Shown here piece after piece: positions 29,439-39,105 of a DNA stretch of 64,000 nucleotides; position 1 is the first letter of the stretch; every line of letters begins with the position of its first letter. The stretch is from an uncultured Acidobacteriota bacterium (GTDB lineage: Bacteria > Acidobacteriota > Terriglobia > Acidiferrales > UBA7541), in assembly GCA_963779825.1 (NCBI GenBank), contig CAVZZU010000009.1:72258-136257 (forward strand). Direction: 5' to 3'. The notes under the pieces were generated by a model. It made no database searches, was not told the DNA's origin, and saw only the letters and a program-made list of their open reading frames with translations. The translations under genes were made by a program, and so were the position numbers.

Positions 29439-29890
29439 AGATCGCCTCGGAGCGAGTCGATTTCAGCGCGACAGGTCTCACTGAAACGCTTCAATGGATC
29501 GTTGCCGTTCAACGCTCTGGATCGGATTTCCTCCGGTGTCAGGTTTGGTTCGCCATAGTTCTTTACGATGTTTTTTATCAGCGCCTCTGCGCTTGCTAAG
29601 ACCTCTTCAGAAGAAGTAAGTCGAATCCGGCTCAGTAACGCATAGGCAGGTATCAGTTTGTCAGGGTCCTGGAACTTGTTCTCCAACGCGTCAGCCAATA
29701 CGCGTGTGCTTTCGGTGATGAAGTCGGAATACAACTGCACGCGATAGAAAATCCTTCTCGCGAGCAAGTCACGGCGGTCAGCATGCCTTTGCGTAATCCA
29801 GGTGCTCGCACTGGAGCCCAGCGCTCCTACCAGCGAACCAAAAAGAGCCGCCATGGCCGGATTCATTGCCATTGGTTGCATAGGCGTCAT
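29435..29890 (-). CDS. Hypothetical protein (151 aa) with one N-terminal hydrophobic segment
   Basis: ATGA overlap with the ctaB stop at 29887-29890. No family recognised. Confidence 0.55.
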   Translation of the reverse strand: MTPMQPMAMNPAMAALFGSLVGALGSSASTWITQRHADRRDLLARRIFYRVQLYSDFITESTRVLADALENKFQDPDKLIPAYALLSRIRLTSSEEVLASAEALIKNIVKNYGEPNLTPEEIRSRALNGNDPLKRFSETCRAEIDSLRGDL

Positions 29891-30813
29891 TTCTTATCGA
29901 GCACCAACAACGTAAACAGCAGCGGAAGGTAAAAGATCGAGGAGACCAGGAGCTGTCTCGCCGTAACGTTCGATCTGTGGAAAGCAAAGCGGCCGCTGAA
30001 GTAGAAAAAGGCCAAACTGAACATCGCGGCACCGACCGAATAAACGGCGCCCGAGTTGCCCGTGATAACCGGGACTAGCGCAGCCGGAACGAGAGCCAGT
30101 GAAAACGCGAGGCTCTGCCAAGCTACAAAACGATCTCGCGACGCCCGTGTAGGCAGGACGCGATAGCCAGCCCGCGAGTAATCTTCGCGGTACATCCAAG
30201 CGATCGCCATGAAATGGGGAAACTGCCAAAGAAAGACGATGAGATAGAGGGCCCATGCTTCTGGGTCAAGCCGCCCTCGCGCTGCGGCCCAACCAATCAA
30301 AGGCGGCACAGCACCGGGGAAAGCTCCGACCAGTGTACACAGCGGCGTTATCCGCTTGAGCGGCGTGTACAAGAACAGGTAGCTTAGCAACGTGAGCACA
30401 GCCAGCAAAACCGTCAAACGATTTAACGCTGCCAGGTAAAGCGCTCCTGCCACCGAAAGAGTAATTCCAAACCAAAGGACGCTCAGCGGGCTAAGCCTCC
30501 CAGCGGCCAGAGGCCGCCGGGCCGTCCTTCGCATCTTCGCATCGAAGGAACGCTCGATGAACTGGTTCAGCGTTGCTGCTCCGCTCGCCACAAGCAAGGT
30601 GCCGACGAGCGTGTGAATCAAAGTCAGAGTGCGAGTCGCACTGGGACTGGAAGCTAAATGGAAAGACACGAATGTTGTGATGACAATTAGGAAGTTCACC
30701 TCGGGCTTGGTCAAAGCCCAATAGTCGGCCGCAGTTGTATGCCAGCTTGCAGGCCTGTTCGTTACTGCAGACGGCGCTCTCGCCAAGACGGCAGTCGTCA
30801 GATCGGTTGCCAC
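29887..30813 (-). CDS. ctaB: Protohaem IX farnesyltransferase (haem O synthase)
   Basis: UbiA-family polytopic protein (YWALTKPEVNFL...). A GTG start at 30813, 2 nt after the ctaG stop, gives about 308 aa. The longer ORF-track version overlaps ctaG. Confidence 0.85.
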   Translation of the reverse strand: MATDLTTAVLARAPSAVTNRPASWHTTAADYWALTKPEVNFLIVITTFVSFHLASSPSATRTLTLIHTLVGTLLVASGAATLNQFIERSFDAKMRRTARRPLAAGRLSPLSVLWFGITLSVAGALYLAALNRLTVLLAVLTLLSYLFLYTPLKRITPLCTLVGAFPGAVPPLIGWAAARGRLDPEAWALYLIVFLWQFPHFMAIAWMYREDYSRAGYRVLPTRASRDRFVAWQSLAFSLALVPAALVPVITGNSGAVYSVGAAMFSLAFFYFSGRFAFHRSNVTARQLLVSSIFYLPLLFTLLVLDKK

Positions 30814-30815
30814 GT

Positions 30816-31715
30816 TCAGAGAACCTCTAGTTTTGAGACGTGGAGATATTGCTCGGCGAGTTCTCGCGACACCGTCCGCGGTTTCTCCGCCCAATGCACT
30901 TTCATCGGAGAAAGATTCTCCATCGTCACCACTATTGCCGGCACAAGAAGGATAAGCGTTACGGAAACCCACATGAGCGCGGCCGCGCACTCCTGATCCT
31001 GCAACGGCGAAAGTCCAAAGAGCCGCGGTCCAGATAGATAAGACCTGTAGACAACTCGGTCGCAAAACGCGAGAAACGCAGAAAGCACATCACACGGCAA
31101 TGTGGCGCAGAAAAGGTAAAGGGGAATGGACCATCTTGGCCATCTGTTGATACTCGGCCACGGTTGTACCACCGGCCACCAAAACAGAAGGCCCGTTATC
31201 AGGAACGACGCGTGTTCCAATTCATGCAGCCAGTCCCAGCGCAAGGCTGCCTCGAATACGCCGGGTATGTGCCATCCGACCAGCGCAAACGCTGCGGCGA
31301 GCCAGCAAACAACGGGGTGCGCAACAACATGTGCGAGCGATTTGAAGAAGTCGGAACGCGAAACAGGGCCGACGGCGCGGCGAACCATCCATCGCGGCAA
31401 CCCTCGCATGAAAGGCAGAGCGGGCCAACCCAGTAGGATCAGCGGTGGAGAAAAGCTCATCAGCAGCAAGTGCTGCACCATATGAACAGTAAGCGAGACA
31501 TCATCGAAGGCTTCCAGTGGCGATCCGATCGCGATCCATATGCCCGCCACACCGGCAAGGAATGCACTGAGCCGCCATGCGGATATCAGCTTGGGAAAAG
31601 CAGCGTGAAGCCGAATCCAGCCCCTCACGTAAACCAAAACTGCGAGACACACTGATGCGTCCACCGCTACGGGAGGCGACCAGGATTGCAGCAGGGCTTG
31701 AGTGCTTGTGACCAT
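30816..31715 (-). CDS. ctaG: Cytochrome c oxidase assembly factor, Caa3_CtaG family membrane protein
   Basis: Polytopic, with motif VHMVQHLLLMSFSPPLILLGWP. Located between the cytochrome b and ctaB genes. Confidence 0.7.
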   Translation of the reverse strand: MVTSTQALLQSWSPPVAVDASVCLAVLVYVRGWIRLHAAFPKLISAWRLSAFLAGVAGIWIAIGSPLEAFDDVSLTVHMVQHLLLMSFSPPLILLGWPALPFMRGLPRWMVRRAVGPVSRSDFFKSLAHVVAHPVVCWLAAAFALVGWHIPGVFEAALRWDWLHELEHASFLITGLLFWWPVVQPWPSINRWPRWSIPLYLFCATLPCDVLSAFLAFCDRVVYRSYLSGPRLFGLSPLQDQECAAALMWVSVTLILLVPAIVVTMENLSPMKVHWAEKPRTVSRELAEQYLHVSKLEVL

Positions 31716-31721
31716 CGGAAT

Positions 31722-33209
31722 TTACCGGGGGTTCGATGCGCCCACGGTCGTATTCTCCTCGACTACGACCGAACGCGAGGCGTCCTGGGCCGGCCGTTGC
31801 CCTGCAGGATGCAGCGTCTCCAGGAAAGCAACTAAGGCGCTCGTTTCCGCAGGGCTGAGGTTCTTGCCATACGAAGGCATGTTCCCCCCGCCCTGAATTA
31901 CTTGCCGAATCAATTGATCTTGCGTGAGCCTCAGCGCCACCGCGTCGAGAGCCGGTCCGCGCTTTCCGCCTTCGTCGCCCAGCGAGTGACAGTTGTGACA
32001 CTGCTTGACCTGGAAGACCAGCGCTCCTTGCCGTTCCAGCGCAGTTCGGTTGTGCAAGAAATCATTTGGAATCGGAATCCTGCTCCATGCATCCATCAAG
32101 GGACTCCATGGCGTGTGCAAACCCAACTGAGTAAACGCGGTCAACGAAACGGCTACCAGTACAATCGTGAGTACTGCGATAGGTCTGCGCCGCCAACTCT
32201 TCTCCCCTTCGCCAAACACAAATGGCAGCAGCAGCAGAGCGAGTATTCCGAGCACTGGACCGATCAGCAAAACGGGAGTTTCCATCGAGGGCGGCAAAAA
32301 CGAAAGCACGGCATAAAGCCACAGGAAGAAGAAATCCGGGCGGGGAACTGTTTGGATGATCGTCGGGTCCGGCGGGCCCGAAGGCCCGAAGGGACCAAAG
32401 TAATAGGCGCAGGCGCCTAGCGCGAGCATGATAAACGCCGCAAAGAACATGTCCTTGTAAACAGCGCCGGGAACAAATGGCAAACCGTCCTTCTTGGTGA
32501 GCTCGTGGTATTCCTTTATGTATGTGGCCTTACGCACCAGGCGTCCGGGCACAGGCCAATCATTGATTCCGAGCTTTATAACCATTAGAAGATGGATTGC
32601 GACGAACGCGATCAGCAACCCCGGGACGACGAAGACATGCAGAGCGAAAAAGCGTGAGAGCGTCGCTCCCGCAATGATTGGACCACCGAGCATTAGGTGC
32701 ACGATGGAAGGCCCGAGGATGGGCACGCGACTGGCAATGGATGCGCCGATTCCGAGCCCCCAATAGGCGTCCTGATCAAATCTCAAGACCTGACCCGTGA
32801 AGGCCATACCAAGAGTCACAAGTAGCAGGAACACGCCCACGATCCACGTAAGTTCACGCGGGTATTTGTATGCTCCAAATAGAAAGACCTGGACCATGTG
32901 AATGAGGACTATTGCCACCATGAAATTCGAGCCCCATCCATGAAGGGCGCGAATGTACCAGCCGAGTGGAACGTTGTGATTCAGCGCCTGCAGGCTGTTC
33001 CAGGCTTCTCCCGCAGAAGGGACGTAGATGAGCGCCAGCAAGATCCCAGTAACGATTTGAAGCAGGAAAACGACAAAGGCAGCACTGCCGAAAACATAAA
33101 ACCAGCTAGCAGTTTCGCGGGGAACTTCATGCCCGGCAGTTTCGCGAATTGTGCTGCCGAGCTGCAGCCGTGCGTCCAGCCATTTCCCGATCAATGCGAT
33201 CACGCGCAT
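31722..33209 (-). CDS. Cytochrome b fused to a C-terminal monohaem cytochrome c domain
   Basis: Cytochrome b N-terminal and C-terminal helices with conserved His residues (ALHGWGSNFMVAIVLIHM). C-terminal CHNCH haem-c site. Confidence 0.88.
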   Translation of the reverse strand: MRVIALIGKWLDARLQLGSTIRETAGHEVPRETASWFYVFGSAAFVVFLLQIVTGILLALIYVPSAGEAWNSLQALNHNVPLGWYIRALHGWGSNFMVAIVLIHMVQVFLFGAYKYPRELTWIVGVFLLLVTLGMAFTGQVLRFDQDAYWGLGIGASIASRVPILGPSIVHLMLGGPIIAGATLSRFFALHVFVVPGLLIAFVAIHLLMVIKLGINDWPVPGRLVRKATYIKEYHELTKKDGLPFVPGAVYKDMFFAAFIMLALGACAYYFGPFGPSGPPDPTIIQTVPRPDFFFLWLYAVLSFLPPSMETPVLLIGPVLGILALLLLPFVFGEGEKSWRRRPIAVLTIVLVAVSLTAFTQLGLHTPWSPLMDAWSRIPIPNDFLHNRTALERQGALVFQVKQCHNCHSLGDEGGKRGPALDAVALRLTQDQLIRQVIQGGGNMPSYGKNLSPAETSALVAFLETLHPAGQRPAQDASRSVVVEENTTVGASNPR

Positions 33210-33751
33210 GGTTGTATCTCTCGGACGAGATTCGAGGCCTGGCCTGGCTGTCCCGGTGTCGGCAGTTCGCCAGCCTTAATTAGTATCTGGCGGCCGTCAA
33301 TCTTGTATTCGTACTCGAACAACCCGCGTTCCGGAGGGCCTGAAGCGCGGGAACCATCCTGGTAGTACGCACCGCCATGGCACGGGCACATGAAAAGGCC
33401 AGAGTGCGGAAACCAGCGGACCGGGCACCCGAGGTGAGCGCAATTGACGGCGAAGACCTGGAAACTTTTCCCGTCTATATTTCGAACCCAACAGGCGATA
33501 TTTGCAGTCTGGCCGTCCGAAGTGGTCACGACGGGATTCCGGTACGTGGCGAGGCGCGTCTCGCCGGACGGAAATTGCTGAAGATCCCCGAGAGTAACCC
33601 ACGAGTCGTAGCTCTTGTTGCGGTCGCGCGAAACGGGAGACATGAGGTAACGCAAGATCGGGGCGGCGAGAATCACACCAACGATACCGTTGAGCGCGAT
33701 TCCGATCTTCATGAAGAGTGCACGCCGTGTTAGGTCCGCTGGCGCAGTCAT
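33200..33751 (-). CDS. Rieske [2Fe-2S] protein
   Basis: CAHLGCPV and CPCHGG boxes. N-terminal Tat-like/TM segment. Confidence 0.9.
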   Translation of the reverse strand: MTAPADLTRRALFMKIGIALNGIVGVILAAPILRYLMSPVSRDRNKSYDSWVTLGDLQQFPSGETRLATYRNPVVTTSDGQTANIACWVRNIDGKSFQVFAVNCAHLGCPVRWFPHSGLFMCPCHGGAYYQDGSRASGPPERGLFEYEYKIDGRQILIKAGELPTPGQPGQASNLVREIQPCA

Positions 33752-34485
33752 CGAGTTTCTCCTGTTGATTTGTTGGCGCCGGAATACGGTTGGCCGGGGA
33801 ACTGCGGTCGCTGAGAGGCAAGCCAGGTCACCACGTCCGAAACGTCCTCCGCGGACAGTGGTTTTCCGGGCAAGTCATCGCGCCAGTCTGGTGCGCCAAG
33901 TTCAGGACGTCCGACGATTACGATTGTTCGAAGCTCTTGATCGTTCAGTAGTGCGAGAAATGACCCGTCCACAATGGAGCTCGCCCCTTGCCCACCACGC
34001 CCCCCAGCGCCATGGCACGACTGACAATGGCTGGCATAGACTTCAGCCCCGCGCGAACCGTTTCCCGATCCAGCTGAGGAATATGGCGGCGGAACCGCGC
34101 CCTGCAAAGCATTGGTCTTCGACCAGCGCTCCCGAATTCCGCTGGCAATCGTGTCAATCTGTTTGTCGGTGAGCATGCCGCCGGCGCTTTGCGCAAAAGC
34201 GGGCATTGACGTGCCTTGAATTCCGTCGCTTGCGACGCGGCGCAGAGTCGCATCATCCACGATTGCCAGATACACTGGATTGGCAAGCGCAATCGCCGCC
34301 CCGCCTTTTCCATCCGCGCCGTGACATCCCGCACAGTTTGCGCCATACAAAGCACCGAAGTCGGAAACCGAGCTCGGCGTCGTCGGCGTCTGCTCCGCAG
34401 CTAAGCGCCCCGGCGCATCGCCGCACCCGCTCACACTAAGACTCGCGAAAACCACGAGGCCGAAAATAGTGAAAGTTAGCCTCAT
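33748..34485 (-). CDS. Dihaem c-type cytochrome, probable lipoprotein
   Basis: CAGCH and CQSCH motifs. Lipobox LSVSGC. The ATG overlaps the upstream stop (ATGA at 34482-34485). Confidence 0.85.
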   Translation of the reverse strand: MRLTFTIFGLVVFASLSVSGCGDAPGRLAAEQTPTTPSSVSDFGALYGANCAGCHGADGKGGAAIALANPVYLAIVDDATLRRVASDGIQGTSMPAFAQSAGGMLTDKQIDTIASGIRERWSKTNALQGAVPPPYSSAGSGNGSRGAEVYASHCQSCHGAGGRGGQGASSIVDGSFLALLNDQELRTIVIVGRPELGAPDWRDDLPGKPLSAEDVSDVVTWLASQRPQFPGQPYSGANKSTGETR

Positions 34486-35348
34486 GGAGTTCCATCGCCG
34501 CGGCTCTTGTGGTCGCTGATGCCGGGAGCCTCGAACCCAGCACGCATTAAGAAAGGTAAGAATTGTTGAACGCGCACGCGCGACTGCCGGACTACGACAA
34601 GCCCCGCCACAACGCCAAACGCGATCTGCGAAGCGATGAACCATGGCCAACTAATCAGTTGATTGAGCAACGGGTTGATGAGCCCCAGAATGCTGTGAAG
34701 CAATCCCGTCCAGAGAATCGGTGCGACCAGGCCGCCAAGGAGAATTGGGTGGCGAGAAAACATCGGTAACATCGCTCCGTAGAGCAGCCCCACAAGCAGA
34801 GAAGTCACCAGATGGATAACCACAGCGAGCAGAAAACTTTCTAAATGAAAAGCGCCGAGCGACGTGCGGTCTGGCTTAAGCGACTGAGCGTAGGCCGTTG
34901 CGGCGAGCAAATTGATCGGGTACCAGATGCTTCTCTGCTTGAGAAGGCCGTAGAGGCACGCTAGCACTGCCATTGCCGCGCTGCCGGCCAGGCCGCCTTT
35001 GATTCCCGCCGAGACTGGGTATGTCTCGAGAGGCAGCAGGACACGCGGGAGATCAGGTGCCACGGACAGCCTTTCGACTTCGTGTCGAGAACTCTTCGCA
35101 GCGGCGGGCAGCTCTCCGACTTGGACCGTCTCCTCCTTTTCCTGCGGCAGCACGTCGCGGAACCAGCCCGCACCAGAGGCGACTAACAAGACTGCCCCCA
35201 CGACGCTGATTGGAGTGCTTGTAACCAAACCAGCCAACAATAATGTGACTCCGAACGCCAGCGCGATTGGCCACGCAGTAGGCGCCGGGAGATTCACGGT
35301 TTCCGGAATCATATCGGTCTGTTCCACCGTCGAAGTATCGGGATTCAT
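34482..35348 (-). CDS. Hypothetical polytopic membrane protein (~288 aa) embedded in the oxidase/bc operon
   Basis: Several long hydrophobic helices. The start MNPDTSTVEQ at 35348 lies 13 nt after the ctaE stop. No family recognised. Confidence 0.6.
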   Translation of the reverse strand: MNPDTSTVEQTDMIPETVNLPAPTAWPIALAFGVTLLLAGLVTSTPISVVGAVLLVASGAGWFRDVLPQEKEETVQVGELPAAAKSSRHEVERLSVAPDLPRVLLPLETYPVSAGIKGGLAGSAAMAVLACLYGLLKQRSIWYPINLLAATAYAQSLKPDRTSLGAFHLESFLLAVVIHLVTSLLVGLLYGAMLPMFSRHPILLGGLVAPILWTGLLHSILGLINPLLNQLISWPWFIASQIAFGVVAGLVVVRQSRVRVQQFLPFLMRAGFEAPGISDHKSRGDGTP

Positions 35349-35361
35349 GTGCCGGCTTTCC

Positions 35362-35958
35362 TCAACGACCGGTGACGTAAACCACGGTGAACACAACTAC
35401 CCATACGACATCCACAAAATGCCAATACAGCGAAAATACTTCCAGGCGATCGCTGAATTCCGATGTCACCTTCCCTAAAAGAGTGAACGTCATGACGATC
35501 GCGATTACGATGAGCCCGAACGTGACGTGAGACGCGTGTAGGCCGACAAGCGAGTAGTAGGTGGTTCCAAAAAGATTCGTGCTGACGGTCAACCCCTCCT
35601 TAAAAATCATCCTGTGCCACTCGAGGCCCGTTCCGATTAGAAAGATCGCCCCTAGCATCAGTGTTAGAAACCACCAGAACCCGAATGAAACGATCTGTGC
35701 ATTTCGCAATGCTCTAACAGCCAGGTGAATTGTCAGACTGCTTGAGAGCAAGCAAATAGTGCTAAGTATCGGGATCGTCAGCACATCTCTAGGGGTAGGT
35801 CCTGATAGGCTCTTTCCGATGTAGAAAATGTAGGCCACAACGAAAATCGTAAAGATCGCCGACTCCGCGGCAATGAGGCAAACCATGCCGACGCGGCCCC
35901 GCGAAGGAAGAGTCCACTGGGTTTCAAGCGACGAGCCTGACAGAGCTGCGCTACTCAA
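35362..35958 (-). CDS. ctaE: Cytochrome c oxidase subunit III
   Basis: Typical subunit III helices and a C-terminal WHFVDVVWV motif. Confidence 0.9.
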   Translation of the reverse strand: MSSAALSGSSLETQWTLPSRGRVGMVCLIAAESAIFTIFVVAYIFYIGKSLSGPTPRDVLTIPILSTICLLSSSLTIHLAVRALRNAQIVSFGFWWFLTLMLGAIFLIGTGLEWHRMIFKEGLTVSTNLFGTTYYSLVGLHASHVTFGLIVIAIVMTFTLLGKVTSEFSDRLEVFSLYWHFVDVVWVVVFTVVYVTGR

Positions 35959-35972
35959 ACGAGATCTCCTCT

Positions 35973-37646
35973 TTATTCGTATTTCCAGTCCGGATCTTCC
36001 GGGTGCTTAACGTCCCAGAGCGGCCGACGGCTCTGAACGACAGGAATTTTGGCGAAGTTATAATCGGGAGGAGGTGACGTCGTGGACCACTCCAGCGTCC
36101 ATGCATCCCATGGATCATTTCCCGCAACTTCCCCCTTAACCAATGACCAAAGAAGGTTTCCGACAAAAACAAGGACGCCCGCACCCTGGAAGAACACCCC
36201 GACAGTCACGATCAGGTTCCAGATTTCCCATCCGCGGCCTGGCTCGTACGTATAGATACGGCGGGGCATGCCCAGCAATCCTGGAATGTGCATGAAGTCA
36301 AATGTGAGATGAAAGCCGATTAAGAACAGCCAGAAGTGCCATTTCGCCAGGGTCTCGTTGTACATTCGGCCGCTCATTTTCGGAAACCAGTAATAGAAAG
36401 CCCCGAAGAGCGCAAAGAGAATCCCGCCGACGATGACGTAATGAAAGTGCGCTACGACGAAATAGGAATTGCCGAGCTGCCAATCGAACGGTGAGGCCGA
36501 CAGCATAATCCCGGTCAGACCGGCAATTAGGAATTGGAATAAAAAGCCGATGCAGAACAGCATGGGGGCTTTGAACTGAATCTTCCCCCCCCACATCGTT
36601 CCGATCCAGTTGAAAATTTTGATTCCAGTGGGCACTCCGACGGCCATCGTGGTGATCGTGAAGAAACTGTTCGCATAGGAACTCATGCCGACCGTAAACA
36701 TGTGGTGCGCCCAAACACTGAGGCTCACGAAGCCGATGCAGATGGTTGCCGCGACCATTACCGGATACCCGAAAATCGGCTTGCGCGAGAAAACGGGGAC
36801 GATTTCAGATACAAAAGCAAAGGCCGGGATGACCAACACATATACCTCTGGATGGCCAAATATCCAGAAGAAGTGCATCCAGAGAACTGCGGACCCTCCG
36901 GCTTGGGTGTCGAAGAAGTGGCCGCCTAGATAGCGATCAACGCACAGCATGATCTGGGCTGCCGTCAGCGGGGAGACCGCGAGGATCACCATGCCAGCCA
37001 TCACGAGGTTTAGCCATGCGACCAAAGGCATCTTGCCGAGCGTCATCCCGGGGCAACGCATGCAGAGAATCGTGGTGATGAAGTTCACCGCTGTCCCGAT
37101 GCTCCCGATGCCGGAGACAAGCAGGCCGAGTGTCCAGAAGTCAGTGCTGTGACCGAGCGAAAACGGGCGCGATGTAAGCGGGGCATACGCGAACCATCCA
37201 ACATCCGGGGCATTGCCGGCGCCGTAGAGTCCATTTGCACCTATAAAGCTGAAGTAGAGAAGCAGACCTCCGAATGCTGTGAGCCAAAAGCTCAGAGCGT
37301 TCAATCGGGGGAAGGCCATATCCCGCGTGCCAATCATCAATGGAATCAGATATGTGCCGAAGCCAAACAGAACGGGCATCGCCACGAAGAAGATCATGGT
37401 AGTGCCGTGCATCGTGAACAGGCGGTTGAAGACTTCTGGCGAGACGAAGTGATTGTTTGGAACCATGAGCTGTATTCGCATCACCGTCGCTTCAATTCCG
37501 CCGATCACGAGAAAGCAGAGTGCGTAGACGATGTACATAATTCCGAGCTTCTTGTGATCCACCGTCACGACCCAGTCGTGTAGCCTTTCGCTGATCGGTC
37601 GAGTGGAAACGCCAGCGGAATTTATCGCGATTGAGTCAGAGGCCAT
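35973..37646 (-). CDS. ctaD: Cytochrome c oxidase subunit I
   Basis: Haem-copper oxidase signatures (WFFGHPEVY, HHMF, VAHFHYV). Confidence 0.97.
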   Translation of the reverse strand: MASDSIAINSAGVSTRPISERLHDWVVTVDHKKLGIMYIVYALCFLVIGGIEATVMRIQLMVPNNHFVSPEVFNRLFTMHGTTMIFFVAMPVLFGFGTYLIPLMIGTRDMAFPRLNALSFWLTAFGGLLLYFSFIGANGLYGAGNAPDVGWFAYAPLTSRPFSLGHSTDFWTLGLLVSGIGSIGTAVNFITTILCMRCPGMTLGKMPLVAWLNLVMAGMVILAVSPLTAAQIMLCVDRYLGGHFFDTQAGGSAVLWMHFFWIFGHPEVYVLVIPAFAFVSEIVPVFSRKPIFGYPVMVAATICIGFVSLSVWAHHMFTVGMSSYANSFFTITTMAVGVPTGIKIFNWIGTMWGGKIQFKAPMLFCIGFLFQFLIAGLTGIMLSASPFDWQLGNSYFVVAHFHYVIVGGILFALFGAFYYWFPKMSGRMYNETLAKWHFWLFLIGFHLTFDFMHIPGLLGMPRRIYTYEPGRGWEIWNLIVTVGVFFQGAGVLVFVGNLLWSLVKGEVAGNDPWDAWTLEWSTTSPPPDYNFAKIPVVQSRRPLWDVKHPEDPDWKYE

Positions 37647-37662
37647 GTCTATGCCCTTCGTT

Positions 37663-38727
37663 TCATCGGAGTGTCCCGAGATAGGCGACTAACGCGTCGA
37701 GATCGTCATCGTTCAGTTTCATTGCAGGCATTAGTGACCCCTCTTTTATCGAATCGGGATCCTGGATCCACTGGCGAAGGTTTTCGGGTGTATTTGGCGC
37801 GATCCCCGCGGCGATCGTGTCGCGACTCATCAGGTGAGTGAGATCGGGGCCAAAGCGCCCGTTGGCAACCGTTCCTCTGACGGCGTGGCAGTTAATGCAA
37901 CCGGTTGATTCAAAGACGCGGCGACCAGCCTCGGTTGAGTTATCACTGGACGCCTCCGCTTTTTGTTCCTGAGCCCATTTATCGAACTGTTCCTGCGAAT
38001 CAACGTAAACGCGCAACAACATCTTGGCGTGCTCGACGCCACAGTACTGTGCGCATTGCCCGAGATAGAGTCCTGTCTCGCGCGGATCGATCCACATCTT
38101 GTTTGGGTGGTTCGGAATGAGGTCGGTCTTCCCAGCAAGGCGGGGCACCCAAAAGCTGTGATCGGTATCAGCCGAAAGCAAAGTGAGAAACGTTGGCGTC
38201 GGATTCGACGGATCGCTGACCGGAACATGAAGCTCATTTGCCGTGACAATTCCTAATCCTGGGTACCGATACTCCCACCAGAATTGATGGCCGATAGCTA
38301 TGACTCGCATGGATGTAGGAGGCTGGGCAGCGTCTTGAACGGAGTGAATCACGCGGGCGGTAGCGAGGAAAAGTATGAGGACGATCAGCACCGGAATCAC
38401 CGTCCACGCTAGCTCTACCTGATTGCTGCCGTAGACTTGAGGAGGTTCGCTGTGGTCCCCGTCGTCACGCCTGCGGTATTTCACAATGGAGTAGACGATC
38501 AGGATAAAGACCACCAAGAAAATCAGGCCCGTGATTGCGAGTACCAGCAACGACAAATGGAAAATCGAGTCCGCAGGGGTTGACTCCGGTTTGAAGATAT
38601 TGGGACTCTTGGAGGAGTCTACCAGTGCACCAAAACACAATCGCGCCGCGAGCATGAACCCCGTGAGCAACACGACGACACCCGTTGCTTTGCTGACTAG
38701 AATCCGAGTTTGCTCGCTGCATCTCAT
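37663..38727 (-). CDS. ctaC: Cytochrome c oxidase subunit II with a fused C-terminal cytochrome c domain (caa3 type)
   Basis: CuA site HSFWVP...CAQYCGVEHAKM, plus a C-terminal CINCH. Confidence 0.93.
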   Translation of the reverse strand: MRCSEQTRILVSKATGVVVLLTGFMLAARLCFGALVDSSKSPNIFKPESTPADSIFHLSLLVLAITGLIFLVVFILIVYSIVKYRRRDDGDHSEPPQVYGSNQVELAWTVIPVLIVLILFLATARVIHSVQDAAQPPTSMRVIAIGHQFWWEYRYPGLGIVTANELHVPVSDPSNPTPTFLTLLSADTDHSFWVPRLAGKTDLIPNHPNKMWIDPRETGLYLGQCAQYCGVEHAKMLLRVYVDSQEQFDKWAQEQKAEASSDNSTEAGRRVFESTGCINCHAVRGTVANGRFGPDLTHLMSRDTIAAGIAPNTPENLRQWIQDPDSIKEGSLMPAMKLNDDDLDALVAYLGTLR

Positions 38728-39105
38728 CTATCACGCTTGCTCGGAGCCGTTCACGTCCGATCCTGCTAGTTGATCTCGGCAGCATTTCGGTCGAGGTCCG
38801 TGGCACCGCAGGCTGGAGCGCCGAGGAACGCTGGATAGCCGACCGGCACCGAATGCGGCCTCGAGGGTCCGACCGGGCACTAAAAGGCATTCTCGGGACC
38901 AAAGCCACGGACGTTGAAAACATGCGATTTACGACACTCACCCTTACCCGAAGCGTTTGCGACGGTGACGGCATCCTCACAGCTGCGCAGATATTGACAC
39001 CGGGCATTGCCAGCGGGAGGTGGGTTAGGGTGGGTGGAATCCGGAGTCGTCGGTTTGAAGGCAGCTAGGCTGCCTGGAGCCGGTAAATGACGAGAAGGTT
39101 GAGGA

